The notes below the pieces were generated by a model that ran no database searches, was not told the origin of the DNA, and was given only the letters and a program-made list of their open reading frames with translations. Position numbers and translations under genes: made by a program. From an uncultured bacterium (GTDB lineage: Bacteria > Desulfobacterota > Deferrimicrobia > Deferrimicrobiales > Deferrimicrobiaceae), in contig CAWHIM010000030.1 in assembly GCA_963829245.1 (NCBI GenBank), positions 19,167-83,166 of the forward strand: a stretch of DNA of 64,000 nt, in the 5' to 3' direction. Shown here piece after piece: positions 1 to 10,019 of this stretch (its first letter is position 1; every line of letters starts with the position of its first letter).

Positions 1-618
1 GGCGGCCAGTTGCACGCCGGAGCGGTTGTCGATCAAGAGCAGGGTCGTGGAAGCTTCGTTCGCCTTCAAGCCACCCGCCAGGGTACCCGCTACCCTGCCG
101 GCCGCGCCGAACAATCCACCCAGAGCGCCGCCAACGCCTCCGGTGCCTTTCTGGCTGAAGGTAATGGACGGGCTCATGGTGTAATCGGCGGCTACCATCT
201 GTCCTTTGCCGAAGTTGCTCCCCTCGCGCATCTCGCCGCTCTGCTCCAGTCCCCGCTCCTGCATCATGTTCCTCATCGCCCGACCGCGTTCGACCACCAC
301 AAAACAGTTCGATTGCTGAACCAGCATGCGTAGCACGGGGACGGTGGAGCCGAGCTTGTACTGCGCAAGACCGCTATACCAAGGCGCGGTCTGGTCTTCC
401 ACGACAGCCATCGTGCCGAGCGTTTCGTCGCAGTGTTCAAGTTGGCTGCTGGCCCCCTCCGAAGTGGCGCCGCCGGCGGCCCCGGTCGCCGGGGTTTTCG
501 AACCGCCCAGGATCGGCTCCGTAGCCCAGCATTCCGCAAATCCCAGTGCCGCCACCAGCGCAACACAGATACACCCCCGGAGAAAATTTTCAGCGATATG
601 CAGACGTCCCGTCTTCAT
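1..618 (-). CDS. CsgG/HfaB-family lipoprotein; the C-terminus runs off the window start
   Basis: Hand translation of the minus strand from ATG (616-618) with GGAGGAGG RBS. MKTGRLHIAENFLRGCICVALVAALGFAEC is a signal/lipobox-like N-terminus. VVERGRAMRNMMQERGLEQSGEMREGSNFGKGQMVAADYTMSPSITF is a CsgG-type core. Absent from the ORF track because it has no stop codon in the window. Confidence 0.6.
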   Translation of the reverse strand, partial: MKTGRLHIAENFLRGCICVALVAALGFAECWATEPILGGSKTPATGAAGGATSEGASSQLEHCDETLGTMAVVEDQTAPWYSGLAQYKLGSTVPVLRMLVQQSNCFVVVERGRAMRNMMQERGLEQSGEMREGSNFGKGQMVAADYTMSPSITFSQKGTGGVGGALGGLFGAAGRVAGTLAGGLKANEASTTLLLIDNRSGVQLAA

Positions 619-840
619 CGTTACCTCCTCCTTGGTGCCGTCTCCGCAAGCCTGTAAATCAAAGGCTTGCGGGAGATTGGATCCAGTCGCCATGGCGATA
701 CGCCGATCGATTCAAGATCGATAAGGATATTTTCACATGGCGGTTTCCCTGAATGGACACTTTTTTTCATCGGTACGATGATCACGGTTCAAATACCCTT
801 TTGGGCCTTGTTAGTAAAACCCGCATTTCTCACCAGCCGT

Positions 841-2511
841 TCACCATTTCGTCAACGCCTTTCCGAGAAGCGAAGCCGCCGCGACCAGTGCCGAAGTGAT
901 GAAGATCATGATGATGCCCAGGGCGGACAACCGGCCCCACAATCCGTCCTCGGCGAACCTCAGGATCTGCACGGCCAGCACTTCCGTGCCCGGCCGGGAG
1001 AGCACCACCGAAAGGGTCAGCTCCCGCAGGAACATGCTGGCCATGAGGATCCATCCGGAGACGATCCCGGGGATCAGGAGCGGGATCACGATCCGGCGCA
1101 ACGTGGTGAAGGGACCCGCGCCGCAGACCTTGGAGGATTCCTCCAGGTGGCTGTGGATCTGGACGAAAGCGCTGGATAGCGGCCGGATCCCGTACGGCAG
1201 GTAGGCGGCGATGTATCCGATCAGGAGCGCCCATATCGTGGCGTAAAGAGGCGTTCGGACGAAAAACCACATGAACCCCACCCCGATGACGATGCCGGGA
1301 AAGGAGAAGGACAGGAAACTCAGCGATTCCAGGATTCCCGAGGCCGCGGTGCGCACCTTGACGATCACGTAGGAAACGAAAATCGACAGGATCACCCCCA
1401 GGGTCGCCCCGACCAGGCCGAGCGTGATGCTGTTTTTCAACGCCAGCAGGGAGACCGGGTCCCGCAGCACCTCCTCCCAGTTCTTCCAGCTCATGAGCGA
1501 AAACGCTTTCGCGTCCGGCACCATGACGTAGGGGAGCATGGACGTGTAGAAGAGCACCATCACCGGCAAGACGATGAGCACGAACGAAAGGAGTCCGATG
1601 AGGCCCAACAGCGGGTATTTCGATTTCTTCAGATCGAACAGGGCGGGCTTGAATCCCCGGCTCGAGATGGTGACGTATTGCTCTCCCTCGGAGGTCAGGT
1701 AGCGGTACAGGTAGACCAGGAGGATCGATGCGACGAGAGCGCTCATGCCCACGGCGGCCGCTTTCCCGTAGTCGGGGGAGAATCCCGTGGCGATGATCCG
1801 GTAGATGTGGGTCGACAGCACATAAATCCTTCCCGGGGTGCCGATGACCGAGGGCACGGCGAAGGAGGCCAAACTTTTGACGATGACGAGGATCACGGAG
1901 GCCAATATGGCGGGACGCAGCACCGGAAGCGTCACCCGGGTGATCGTGCGCAAGGTGCTCGCCCCGCATACCCTGGAAGATTCCTCGAGCGAAACGTCGA
2001 AGGCGCTCATGGCGGGCGCGATGATCAGGTAGGCGATCGGCAGGTCCAGCAGCCCCTCGACGAGGATCATTCCCGGCATCGAATAGATGTTGAAAAGCGC
2101 CTCTTCCAGGCCGAAGAGCTCCATCAGGTACCGGTTCAGGATGCCGTTGCTGGGATTCAGGAGAAGGACCCAGCTGACCGAAAAAAGGATGTGCGGGATC
2201 ATCATAGGGATGATGGAGATGATCCCGAAGAAGAACTTGAAGGGAATGTCGGTCCTGGTGTTCACGTAGGCGAGAAAGAGGGCGAGCAGGGTGGCGACGG
2301 CGGCGGACCCCAATGTGAAGATCGCCGTATCCAGGAGGATGGCGGAGAGCTCCGGGTCGGTGTAGGCCTCGACATACTTGGCGACCGTGAAACCGTGGAA
2401 CGTGCCGAACCCTTCCGAAAAACTCCCGGCCACCAGCATCAGGACGGGGCTGATCGTCAGTACGCCGACGATGACGATCAGTGCCGGGGTAAGGGCCGAA
2501 TTTCTCGCCAT
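841..2511 (-). CDS. ABC transporter permease, fused two-domain type (Fe3+/thiamine-type importer)
   Basis: 556-aa ORF that is hydrophobic throughout, with two repeated binding-protein-dependent permease halves. Same strand as, and adjacent to, the ATPase and binding-protein genes. Confidence 0.85.
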   Translation of the reverse strand: MARNSALTPALIVIVGVLTISPVLMLVAGSFSEGFGTFHGFTVAKYVEAYTDPELSAILLDTAIFTLGSAAVATLLALFLAYVNTRTDIPFKFFFGIISIIPMMIPHILFSVSWVLLLNPSNGILNRYLMELFGLEEALFNIYSMPGMILVEGLLDLPIAYLIIAPAMSAFDVSLEESSRVCGASTLRTITRVTLPVLRPAILASVILVIVKSLASFAVPSVIGTPGRIYVLSTHIYRIIATGFSPDYGKAAAVGMSALVASILLVYLYRYLTSEGEQYVTISSRGFKPALFDLKKSKYPLLGLIGLLSFVLIVLPVMVLFYTSMLPYVMVPDAKAFSLMSWKNWEEVLRDPVSLLALKNSITLGLVGATLGVILSIFVSYVIVKVRTAASGILESLSFLSFSFPGIVIGVGFMWFFVRTPLYATIWALLIGYIAAYLPYGIRPLSSAFVQIHSHLEESSKVCGAGPFTTLRRIVIPLLIPGIVSGWILMASMFLRELTLSVVLSRPGTEVLAVQILRFAEDGLWGRLSALGIIMIFITSALVAAASLLGKALTKW

Positions 2512-2519
2512 GGCCGCCC

Positions 2520-3608
2520 CTATGCGGGCAGAAGGAAACAGTGGTCGGCGTCGAAGGAGATGAAAAGATCGGCTCCTTCAACGACATCGACGGTGGGGGA
2601 AATCGTGGTGGTGACCAGCGTGCCGCCGATCCGGATCTCCCCTTCATAGGCCTCGCCGATGAAGAGGAGCGTCTCGATCTTCCCGCGGAACAGGTTTCTG
2701 CCGCCCGCCGCGCCGGTCGCCCCCGTCTTCATGAACTCGGGACGGACGCACAACATCGCCTCCGTGCCGGGTTCGATCCCCCGGGGGTTCAGGCCGACGA
2801 TCGCGCCGATGTCCGTTTCGATGACGGCATGGGAGCCTTCGAGCGCCGCGACCTTCCCCTTGATGAGGTTGGCACGGCCGATGAAATCCGCAACGAACCG
2901 GTCGCCGGAGCGGAAATAGATCTGTTTGGGATCGCCTACCTCCACGATCCTGCCGGCCCGCATGATCGCGATCAGGTCCGAGAGAGCCAGCGCCTCGACA
3001 CGGTCGTGGGTCACGTAGACCGCGGTGATGCCAAGTCCGGTGAGAAACCTGCGCAGTTCCTTTCTGGTCTCTTCCCTGAGCTTGGCATCGAGGTTGCTCA
3101 ACGGTTCATCGAAAAGGATGACCTTGGGTTCGGCGACCAGCGCCCGCGCCAGGGCCACCCGCTGCTGCTGCCCGCCGCTGAGCTTTGTCGCCGGACGGTT
3201 TTCGAATCCGTCGAGCTGCACGAATCCGAGAACCCTGGCCACGCGGGTCCTGATTTCCTCCATGGGCATGTTCCTGCATTTCAGGGGATAGGCCACGTTC
3301 TCGAAAACGGTCATGTGCGGCCAGATCGCGTAGGTCTGAAAGACCATGCCGAGTCCCCGCTTTTCCGGTGGAACGAAGATCCCCTTCTCCCTGGACCACA
3401 CGATCTCGTCCCCGATGGCGATCTCGCCGGCGTCGGGCGTCTCCAGCCCCACGATGCACCGTAACAGCGTCGTCTTGCCGCAGCCGCTGGGGCCCAGGAG
3501 GGTGAAAATCCGGTTGGCGGGGATGGTGAGGTCGATATCGTCCAGGGCCCGGATCCGCTTGCCCTCGGAGTAGTAGTCCCTGGTCAGCCCCTTGATCCGT
3601 ATCTCCAT
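2520..3608 (-). CDS. ABC transporter ATP-binding protein (FbpC/PotA-like, with C-terminal TOBE-like domain)
   Basis: Walker A GPSGCGKTT, signature LSGGQQQRVALARAL, Walker B ILFDEPLSNLD. Confidence 0.9.
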   Translation of the reverse strand: MEIRIKGLTRDYYSEGKRIRALDDIDLTIPANRIFTLLGPSGCGKTTLLRCIVGLETPDAGEIAIGDEIVWSREKGIFVPPEKRGLGMVFQTYAIWPHMTVFENVAYPLKCRNMPMEEIRTRVARVLGFVQLDGFENRPATKLSGGQQQRVALARALVAEPKVILFDEPLSNLDAKLREETRKELRRFLTGLGITAVYVTHDRVEALALSDLIAIMRAGRIVEVGDPKQIYFRSGDRFVADFIGRANLIKGKVAALEGSHAVIETDIGAIVGLNPRGIEPGTEAMLCVRPEFMKTGATGAAGGRNLFRGKIETLLFIGEAYEGEIRIGGTLVTTTISPTVDVVEGADLFISFDADHCFLLPA

Positions 3609-3620
3609 GGTCCCCCCGAT

Positions 3621-3659
3621 AGAAAAACTCCCGGGACCGGACGATTCCGATCCCGGGAG
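3621..3659 (-). terminator. Intercistronic GC hairpin plus T-run between the binding-protein gene and the ATPase gene
   Basis: On the minus strand: CTCCCGGGA-14 nt-TCCCGGGAG followed by TTTTTCT. Confidence 0.5.
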
Positions 3660-3698
3660 CGCGCGGTTTCCTGCCCGATACCGAAGACGGCGATCGGC

Positions 3699-4688
3699 TT
3701 ACCGGGCGAAAAAGATCTTGTGGAACTCCTTGCCCCAGGAACCGATCTCCTTGTCCGACAGCTCCCGGATCGGGACGACCTTGACCTTGTCGATGCCGTT
3801 GATCGGCGGGAATACGCCCGGGGCCAGCACATACTCGCCCACCTTGTCGGCAAGGAGCTTCATGGCGTCCCTCGACAGCCAGTAATCCATGAACAATCGG
3901 GCGGCGTTGGGGTGGGGCGCCTTGGCCGCGATCGCCACGCCGCGCGGCGTGCCGAGCAGGACGCCGGTCCTGGCCCAGTCGAGCGGCGCCTGCGCGTGGG
4001 TGATGATGTACTTCGGCATGGAGATCGCGATGAGCTTTTCCCCGCTTTCCACGGGGGCCGGAGTGGGGCTGAAGGAATTGACGAACATCGGCTTGTTGGC
4101 CGCGAGCCCCTTGAGGAAATCCATCCACTCCTTGTCGTTCGCGAAGATCCCGGCTTCCTTCAGACCCACGAGCCAGGAGATGGTGGTGGCGTGCGAGGAG
4201 GGATCCGGCATGACGATCTTGCCGTGCCATTTCGGGTTGGCCAGGTCCTTGTAGGCCGTGGGGACGTCCCCGGGTTTGACCAGGTTCTTGTTGTAGATCA
4301 AGGCGACATACTCGATGCCGAACTGGACGATGGTGTCGTCCTGCCTCGCCCAGGCGGGATACCCGGCGGCGGAGGGCGATCTGTATGCGGCGAGCACACC
4401 CTTCTCCTTCAGCGCCTGCAGGATCGGCAGCGGACCCTGGAGCAGGTCGGCTTCCAGTTTGCCGGCCTCGAACTCCGTCATCACGGTGGCGAGATACTTG
4501 GTGGTGGAGATGCGCGTGTAAACGCCTTTTACGCCCGTGGCGGCGGTAAACGCGTCCATGATCGGCTCCACCGCGGTGATATTGGCGTAGAAATTGGCCT
4601 TTCCTTCCTTCTTCGCCAAGGCGGGATCGGACGCGAATGCGTTCGGGACCAGAACGACGCTCAACAACAGAAGTGCCAGTTTTTTCAT
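3699..4688 (-). CDS. ABC transporter periplasmic substrate-binding protein (Fe3+-type)
   Basis: ATG at 4686-4688 with GGAGGGAGAGGAG RBS. Signal peptide MKKLALLLLSVVLVPNAFA. Solute-binding-protein-like sequence in an operon with the permease and ATPase. Confidence 0.8.
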   Translation of the reverse strand: MKKLALLLLSVVLVPNAFASDPALAKKEGKANFYANITAVEPIMDAFTAATGVKGVYTRISTTKYLATVMTEFEAGKLEADLLQGPLPILQALKEKGVLAAYRSPSAAGYPAWARQDDTIVQFGIEYVALIYNKNLVKPGDVPTAYKDLANPKWHGKIVMPDPSSHATTISWLVGLKEAGIFANDKEWMDFLKGLAANKPMFVNSFSPTPAPVESGEKLIAISMPKYIITHAQAPLDWARTGVLLGTPRGVAIAAKAPHPNAARLFMDYWLSRDAMKLLADKVGEYVLAPGVFPPINGIDKVKVVPIRELSDKEIGSWGKEFHKIFFAR

Positions 4689-4850
4689 GATCGTTTCTCC
4701 TCTCCCTCCGTGAACTTGCTGCACCGCCCCGATTATTTCACAAGGGACACAAATATCGCCTGCCGGCGCCTCCTGTCAATCGCAAACACAAGCGTATCGA
4801 TGTTAAGTATTTCCTGTTTGCGCCGATGAGTTTACAGGGGACCTGCCTTT

Positions 4851-7567
4851 TTGGACCAGGAGAAAAGTCGGGAACGGCATAGGACACGAATCGGCAGCGC
4901 CGGTGCAGCCCCAAAAGGGAGACCAGGCTTGGCGACGGGAATTTTGTTTGCGAAGGGGGCGAATACCAAGCAGGCGCTGCGTCAGCAGCGCTATCTGATG
5001 GCGGCCGGCACTGCCGTTGTGGAGATATTCCTCTTGGCGCTGTGCTGGCACCAGGGGATTTTCGACTTCATCCCTGTCCTGTGGGCCGTCGCCGCCCTCA
5101 CGTTCTGTCAACGTGCTTTTCTACATAATGTTCCGCACCGGCTGGAACCTCCGCTTCGCGGACCCCAGCCTGACCTTGCCGCAGATCATTTCCTCCTTCC
5201 TGATCACCAGCTATCTTGTTTATTATGCCCGCGAAGCGCGCGCAATCTTTCTGCTGTTCTACCTGGTTACTTTCCTGTTCGGGGTGTTCCAACTCCGCCC
5301 CCGGCAGTTATACGGCATCGCATTCGTGGCGATTGCGTCCCATGCGTCGGTGATCACATTGCTGTGGCGGTTCCGCCCGGCGACCATGGATCTAGGCATC
5401 GAACTGGCGCAATGGATCGTGATGGCTGCGGTGATATTTTGGTTTGCCAGCATGGGCGTCTACACCTCCAACCTGAGGAACAAGCTGCGCAGCAGCAAGG
5501 TGGAACTGGAAAATGCCCTCAAAACCGTTCGTGACACCGCCGTGGACCTGCAATCGGCAAAAGAGAGGGCGGAGAATGCGAACCGGGCAAAGAGTGAATT
5601 CCTCGCGAACATGAGCCACGAGATCCGCACCCCCATGAACGGGATCCTGGGGATGACGGAGATTCTTCTCCATGGGGACCTGCCGTCCGGGTACCGCCGG
5701 GACGTGGAACTTGTGCACAACTCCGGGGAGATCCTGCTGGGTATCATCAACAACATCCTGGACTACTCCCGGATCGAGGCCGGCAAGATGGAACTTGACG
5801 ACATCCCTTTCGATCTTGCAGGGGTCGTCGATGAGGTGGTGAAACTCCTCGCGATACGTGCCCAGTCCAAGGGGGTCGAGCTGGTTTCGCAGGTTTCCCA
5901 GGAGATCCCCTCCGCCCTCCGCGGGGACCCCGGCCGGCTCCGGCAGATCCTGCTCAACCTGGTGGGAAACGCGATCAAGTTCACGGAGCAGGGTGAGGTT
6001 GTCGTCCGGGCGTCCCTCGATTCCCGGGACGACGCGGCGGTGAGCCGTGCGGTTCTCCGTCCGCGACACGGGGATCGGCATCCCTTTGGAGGCCCACGCG
6101 AAGGTCTTCGACTCCTTCACGCAGGCCGACGGATCCACCACGCGGAAGTTCGGCGGCACCGGGCTCGGGTTGACCATCTCCCGGCAACTTGTCGAGATGA
6201 TGGACGGAACGATCCGTTTCGAGAGCGCGCCCGGCAAGGGGTCCGATTTCATTTTCACCGTTCCGCTCCACACGACGGAGGAGTCGAGCCTTCAGCCGTC
6301 GATTCCCCGGCCCAGCCTCAAAGGCCTGAAGGTGCTTGTCGTGGACGACAACCGGACGAACCGCGAGATTCTCGAGAAGCAGTTGCACGATTGGGAGAGT
6401 CAAAGCCGTGGGGTCGGCAGCGGAGACGATGCGCTTGCGTTCCTGCGCGCGGCGGCATCGGAGGGCGCCTCCTTCGACCTGGCGATCCTCGACTACCACA
6501 TGCCCGACATCGACGGGTTTCAACTGGCCGGGTTGATCAAGTCGGACCCTTTCATCTCCGGCGTCCGCCTCCTGATGCTCTCCTCCGTCGGGATCCGTGG
6601 GGACGGGCGGAAGGCGCGGGAAACCGGGATTTCCGGATACCTGACCAAGCCGATCCGGCGGGAGGATCTGTACGAGAGCATCGCCATGGTAATGGGGATC
6701 CGTGACCCGGCAGCGGAAGGAAACCTGGTGACCCGCCACACCGTCGGGGAAATGCGTCGGAAGGTCGAAGGACGAATCCTGCTGGTCGAGGACAACCTTG
6801 TAAACCGGGAAGTCACCCTCCGGATGCTCTCGGTCCTCGGGTGCTCGGCCGATGTTGCGGGAAACGGGCAGGAAGGCCTCGACGCGATCGCCGCCACGCG
6901 GTACGACCTGGTCCTCATGGACTGCCAAATGCCGGTCATGGACGGCTATGCGGCAACCCGGACCCTCCGCGCCCGGGAAAAGGAAACGGGCGGGATGCAC
7001 CTCGCCGTGGTGGCCCTCACGGCCAACGCGATGGAGGGGGACAGCGACACCTGTCTGGCCGCCGGGATGGACGATTACCTCAGTAAACCGTTCACGATCC
7101 GGAAACTCGGGGAAATGGTATCGAAGTGGATCTCCGTGGAACGGAAGGATTCCGGCGCCCCCATCGAAGCGAAGGCGGAGCCGGCAGTTCCGACGGAGCC
7201 CTCGATCTCCCCGATCGACCAGACCGTGCTGGACGGGATCCGGGAACTCGAGGGAGAGGGAAACAAAGGTTTCTTCGAGCGGGTCATCAACTTGTACCTC
7301 ACCGGTGCCTCCCGGCTGGTGGAGGGAGTCCTTTCCGCGGCCGAAAAGGGGGATGCGGAAGCCCTTCTACGGGCAGCCCACACCCTGAAATCGAGCAGCG
7401 CGAACGTGGGCGCGACCGGTCTATCGGACCTCTGCCGGAAGATCGAAGAGAAGGGCCGGGGGAGCGAACCGGTCGCCGCCGGGGACCCTCTCCTGTCGAA
7501 ATTCGAAGGGGAGTACCGGTCGGTACGGGAAGCGCTGACGGCCATCCTGGAGGGGACCTCGGCCTGA
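4851..7567 (+). pseudogene. Hybrid sensor histidine kinase (multi-TM N-terminus, HisKA, HATPase_c, REC, REC, HPt), interrupted by two +1 frame breaks
   Basis: The frame changes at about 5100 (frame 3 to 1) and about 6044 (frame 1 to 2). H-box [12 protein letters not shown]-box [11 protein letters not shown] lies in one frame and DTGIGIP, GGTGLGL in the next. Two receiver domains (VLVVDDN...DYHMPDIDG; ILLVEDN...MDCQMPVMDG...KPF). HPt motif HTLKSSSANVGA. The span is 2717 nt, i.e. 3n+2. Confidence 0.8.
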
Positions 7568-7595
7568 CGGAATCGATCGGAACACCTCCCCGCCG

Positions 7596-8282
7596 TCATC
7601 CCTCGAAGCGGACGTTCTCCAGCGAATCGGCGATCCAGTCGGCCTCTGCGAGTTCCCCCGCACCGTAGCTGTTGGTGACGGCGAGCACCCGGAGTCCCGC
7701 CCCCTTCGCGGACCGGATCCCGGCCGGGGTGTCCTCGACGGCGACCGATTTCTCCGGGACCGTCAGCAACGTGGCATGCCTCTCCGACAACTTCGCGAAA
7801 GCGAGGTCGTAGCTTTCCGGGTCGGGTTTGCTCCTGCGCACGTCATCGGCCGAAACGATCACGTCGAAGCGGCGGGCGAGGCCCAGTTGCGCGAGGATCG
7901 GGTCGATGTCGGAGCGAAGGGCGCCGCTGCAAAGGGCCAACGGCCGTCCGGCCGCGTGCAGGGATTCGATCAAGAGGACCGCACCAGGGTAGGCGGTCAC
8001 CCCGTTCCGGAGCCCGTCCAGGAACGCACGGGATTTCGCGGCGACGAGCCTCGCGAGGTTCGCCTCGTCGAGATGGGCCCCCTTCGCGCGGAACGCTTCC
8101 CGGAAAGCGTCACGGTCGTCGAACCCCATGTAGGTTTCGACGTACTCCTTCCACGGGAGTTCCATCCCGAGCGGATCGAGAACCTCGGTGAACGCCCGGT
8201 GATGCATCGGTTCGCTGTCGACGAGAATCCCGTCGAAATCGAAGAGGACCGCTTCGGGCCTTGGGAGCGAAAGAGGATTCAT
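7596..8282 (-). CDS. HAD-IA family hydrolase (beta-phosphoglucomutase-like)
   Basis: Starts MNPLSL. Motif I FDFDGILVDSE, and SKPDP and EDTPAGI motifs. Confidence 0.8.
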   Translation of the reverse strand: MNPLSLPRPEAVLFDFDGILVDSEPMHHRAFTEVLDPLGMELPWKEYVETYMGFDDRDAFREAFRAKGAHLDEANLARLVAAKSRAFLDGLRNGVTAYPGAVLLIESLHAAGRPLALCSGALRSDIDPILAQLGLARRFDVIVSADDVRRSKPDPESYDLAFAKLSERHATLLTVPEKSVAVEDTPAGIRSAKGAGLRVLAVTNSYGAGELAEADWIADSLENVRFEG

Positions 8283-8495
8283 CGGGGTACCGGGGTTCTC
8301 CTGTCGATGTGCAATATAACCCGGATTCGTCCCCCCGGGGAAACCGGGAGCACATTCCTTCCGGGATAGGATCGGTGAACCCCTTGTCGCTGGAACGACG
8401 ATATATAAGTAGAACAATTTATTCAGAATCGGGACAATACGAATTCGGCTGGGGAGAATATTCGAACGGCAGACGTTCGGTCCAGGGAGGGCCCC

Positions 8496-9365
8496 GTGAA
8501 TTACCCGTTGCTGATCTCCTTCACGCTGATCGTCCTCGGGGCGATCCTCCTCGCCGTTTCCCTGTTCCCCACGACCCGCATCATCCGCGAACTGGCCCCC
8601 GGACCGACGCAATCCCGATGGGGGCTGCTCCGGGGGTTCATCGTTCTCTTCATCGCCGGATACATCGTCTTCCTCGGCACCTTATCGGCCAAATGGGACG
8701 CCTCCCACCTCCTCGTCTCCTCGATCTTCTTCCTCGGCGCCTGCTTCGTCCTGCTCGTCTGCGTGCTGACGGACGGCACGGTGAAGGACATCAAGCGGAT
8801 CGCCACGCTGGAAGCCGAGACGATCACAGACCCGCTGATGGGAATCTCCAACCGCCGGTACCTCGAGCGGCGGCTGGAGGAGGAGTTCGCCGGGGCGATG
8901 CGGTACGGATTCCCTCTCTCCCTCCTGCTGCTGGACATCGATCATTTCAAGAAGGTGAACGACGAACACGGGCATCCTGCGGGTGACCTCGTGCTGAAAG
9001 GGATCGGGGAGATCCTCAAGAAAACCGTGCGGAATGCCGACGTGGCGGCGCGATATGGCGGAGAGGAGGTGGCGATCCTTCTCCCCCACACCCTCGCAGA
9101 GTATGCGGTTATCTTCGCGGAGAGGATCCGGAGAAAGATCGAAGACCACCCGTTCCTGGTCGATGGGCCGGCCGGTTCCGTCGCCCCTCTGCGGTGCACC
9201 GTCAGCGTCGGGGTCGCCGCCATGACCCGGGAGTGTGCGAACGCCGGCCAGTTCCTGCAGATGGCCGACACCGCCATGTACCGGGCGAAACAGGACGGGA
9301 GGAACCGCACCGTCGTGTTCCATTGCGGGAAGGAGACCGTCGTGACGGCCGGGCCGGAGGCGTAA
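8496..9365 (+). CDS. Membrane-anchored diguanylate cyclase (GGDEF domain with GGEEV variant)
   Basis: About 4 TM segments, then DPLMGISNRRYL...LLLDIDHFKKVNDEHGHPAGD...RYGGEEVAILL...MYRAKQDGRNR. Confidence 0.8.
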   Translation: MNYPLLISFTLIVLGAILLAVSLFPTTRIIRELAPGPTQSRWGLLRGFIVLFIAGYIVFLGTLSAKWDASHLLVSSIFFLGACFVLLVCVLTDGTVKDIKRIATLEAETITDPLMGISNRRYLERRLEEEFAGAMRYGFPLSLLLLDIDHFKKVNDEHGHPAGDLVLKGIGEILKKTVRNADVAARYGGEEVAILLPHTLAEYAVIFAERIRRKIEDHPFLVDGPAGSVAPLRCTVSVGVAAMTRECANAGQFLQMADTAMYRAKQDGRNRTVVFHCGKETVVTAGPEA

Positions 9366-9428
9366 TCGGCCGGGTTTTTCCGCTCGAAGTGTGGTAAGTT
9401 GTTGGAAAAAGGGAAGGTGATTGGAATC

Positions 9429-9650
9429 TTGGCAAAGGACGATCTGGCGAATCTCGAAGGAACCGTGACCGAGGCCCGCGGCGGCGGAAATTTCGTCGTC
9501 AAGCTGGAAAACGGCCATACGCTCACGGCGAAGCTCGGCGGCGCCATGCGCCGGTTCAGGATCCGCGTCATCTCGGGGGACCGCGTGACGATCGGCGTCT
9601 CCCCCTACGATCCGACCCACGGCCTCATCCTCTACCGCCACAAGAACTGA
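9429..9650 (+). CDS. infA: Translation initiation factor IF-1
   Basis: (M)AKDDLANLEGTVTEARGGGNFVVKLENGHTLTAKLGGAMRRFRIRVISGDRVTIGVSPYDPTHGLILYR. The TTG start at 9429 gives the canonical 73 aa; the ORF track starts at 9399. Confidence 0.85.
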   Translation: MAKDDLANLEGTVTEARGGGNFVVKLENGHTLTAKLGGAMRRFRIRVISGDRVTIGVSPYDPTHGLILYRHKN

Positions 9651-9654
9651 CCTC

Positions 9655-9999
9655 GTGAAAACGAAGTCCGTCTACAGGGTGCTCTTCAGGAACCAGGAGA
9701 GCCTGTACGAACTTTACGCGCGGAAGGTGGGGCAGGGGACGCTGTTCGCTTTCGTCGAGGTCGAGGAGATCCTCTTCGGCAACCGGGGCGGGGTGCTCGT
9801 CGACCCGTCGGAGGAGCGGTTGAAATCCGAGTTCGCCGGCGTCAAGCGCACCTACATCCCGCTCCAGGCCGTGGTGCGCATCGACGAGGTCGAGAAGGAG
9901 GGGACGAACAAGATCGTCTCCCTCGCCGCGCCCCAGGGGAACGTGACCCATTTCCCGTTGCCGCCAGGGAGCCTTGGAACGAAACCCGGGAAAGGCTGA
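9655..9999 (+). CDS. DUF1820-like protein
   Basis: YRVLFRNQESLYELYARKV...VDPSEERLKSEFAGVKRTYIPLQAVVRIDEVEKEG resembles the DUF1820 family as I recall it. The GTG start lies 4 nt after the infA stop. Confidence 0.55.
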   Translation: MKTKSVYRVLFRNQESLYELYARKVGQGTLFAFVEVEEILFGNRGGVLVDPSEERLKSEFAGVKRTYIPLQAVVRIDEVEKEGTNKIVSLAAPQGNVTHFPLPPGSLGTKPGKG

Positions 10000-10019
10000 G
10001 AGTCCCCCCCCGCACCGGT

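Noticed and set aside
646-674. Hairpin CCGCAAGCC-11 nt-GGCTTGCGG as a terminator for the ABC operon.
   Set aside because: There is no T-run on either strand after the stem and it lies in the 5' region of the CsgG-like gene. Function unclear, so I did not call it.
9399-9428. Longer IF-1 starting at 9399 (83 aa).
   Set aside because: IF-1 is highly size-conserved at about 72 aa. TTG at 9429 gives MAKDD.., matching the canonical N-terminus.
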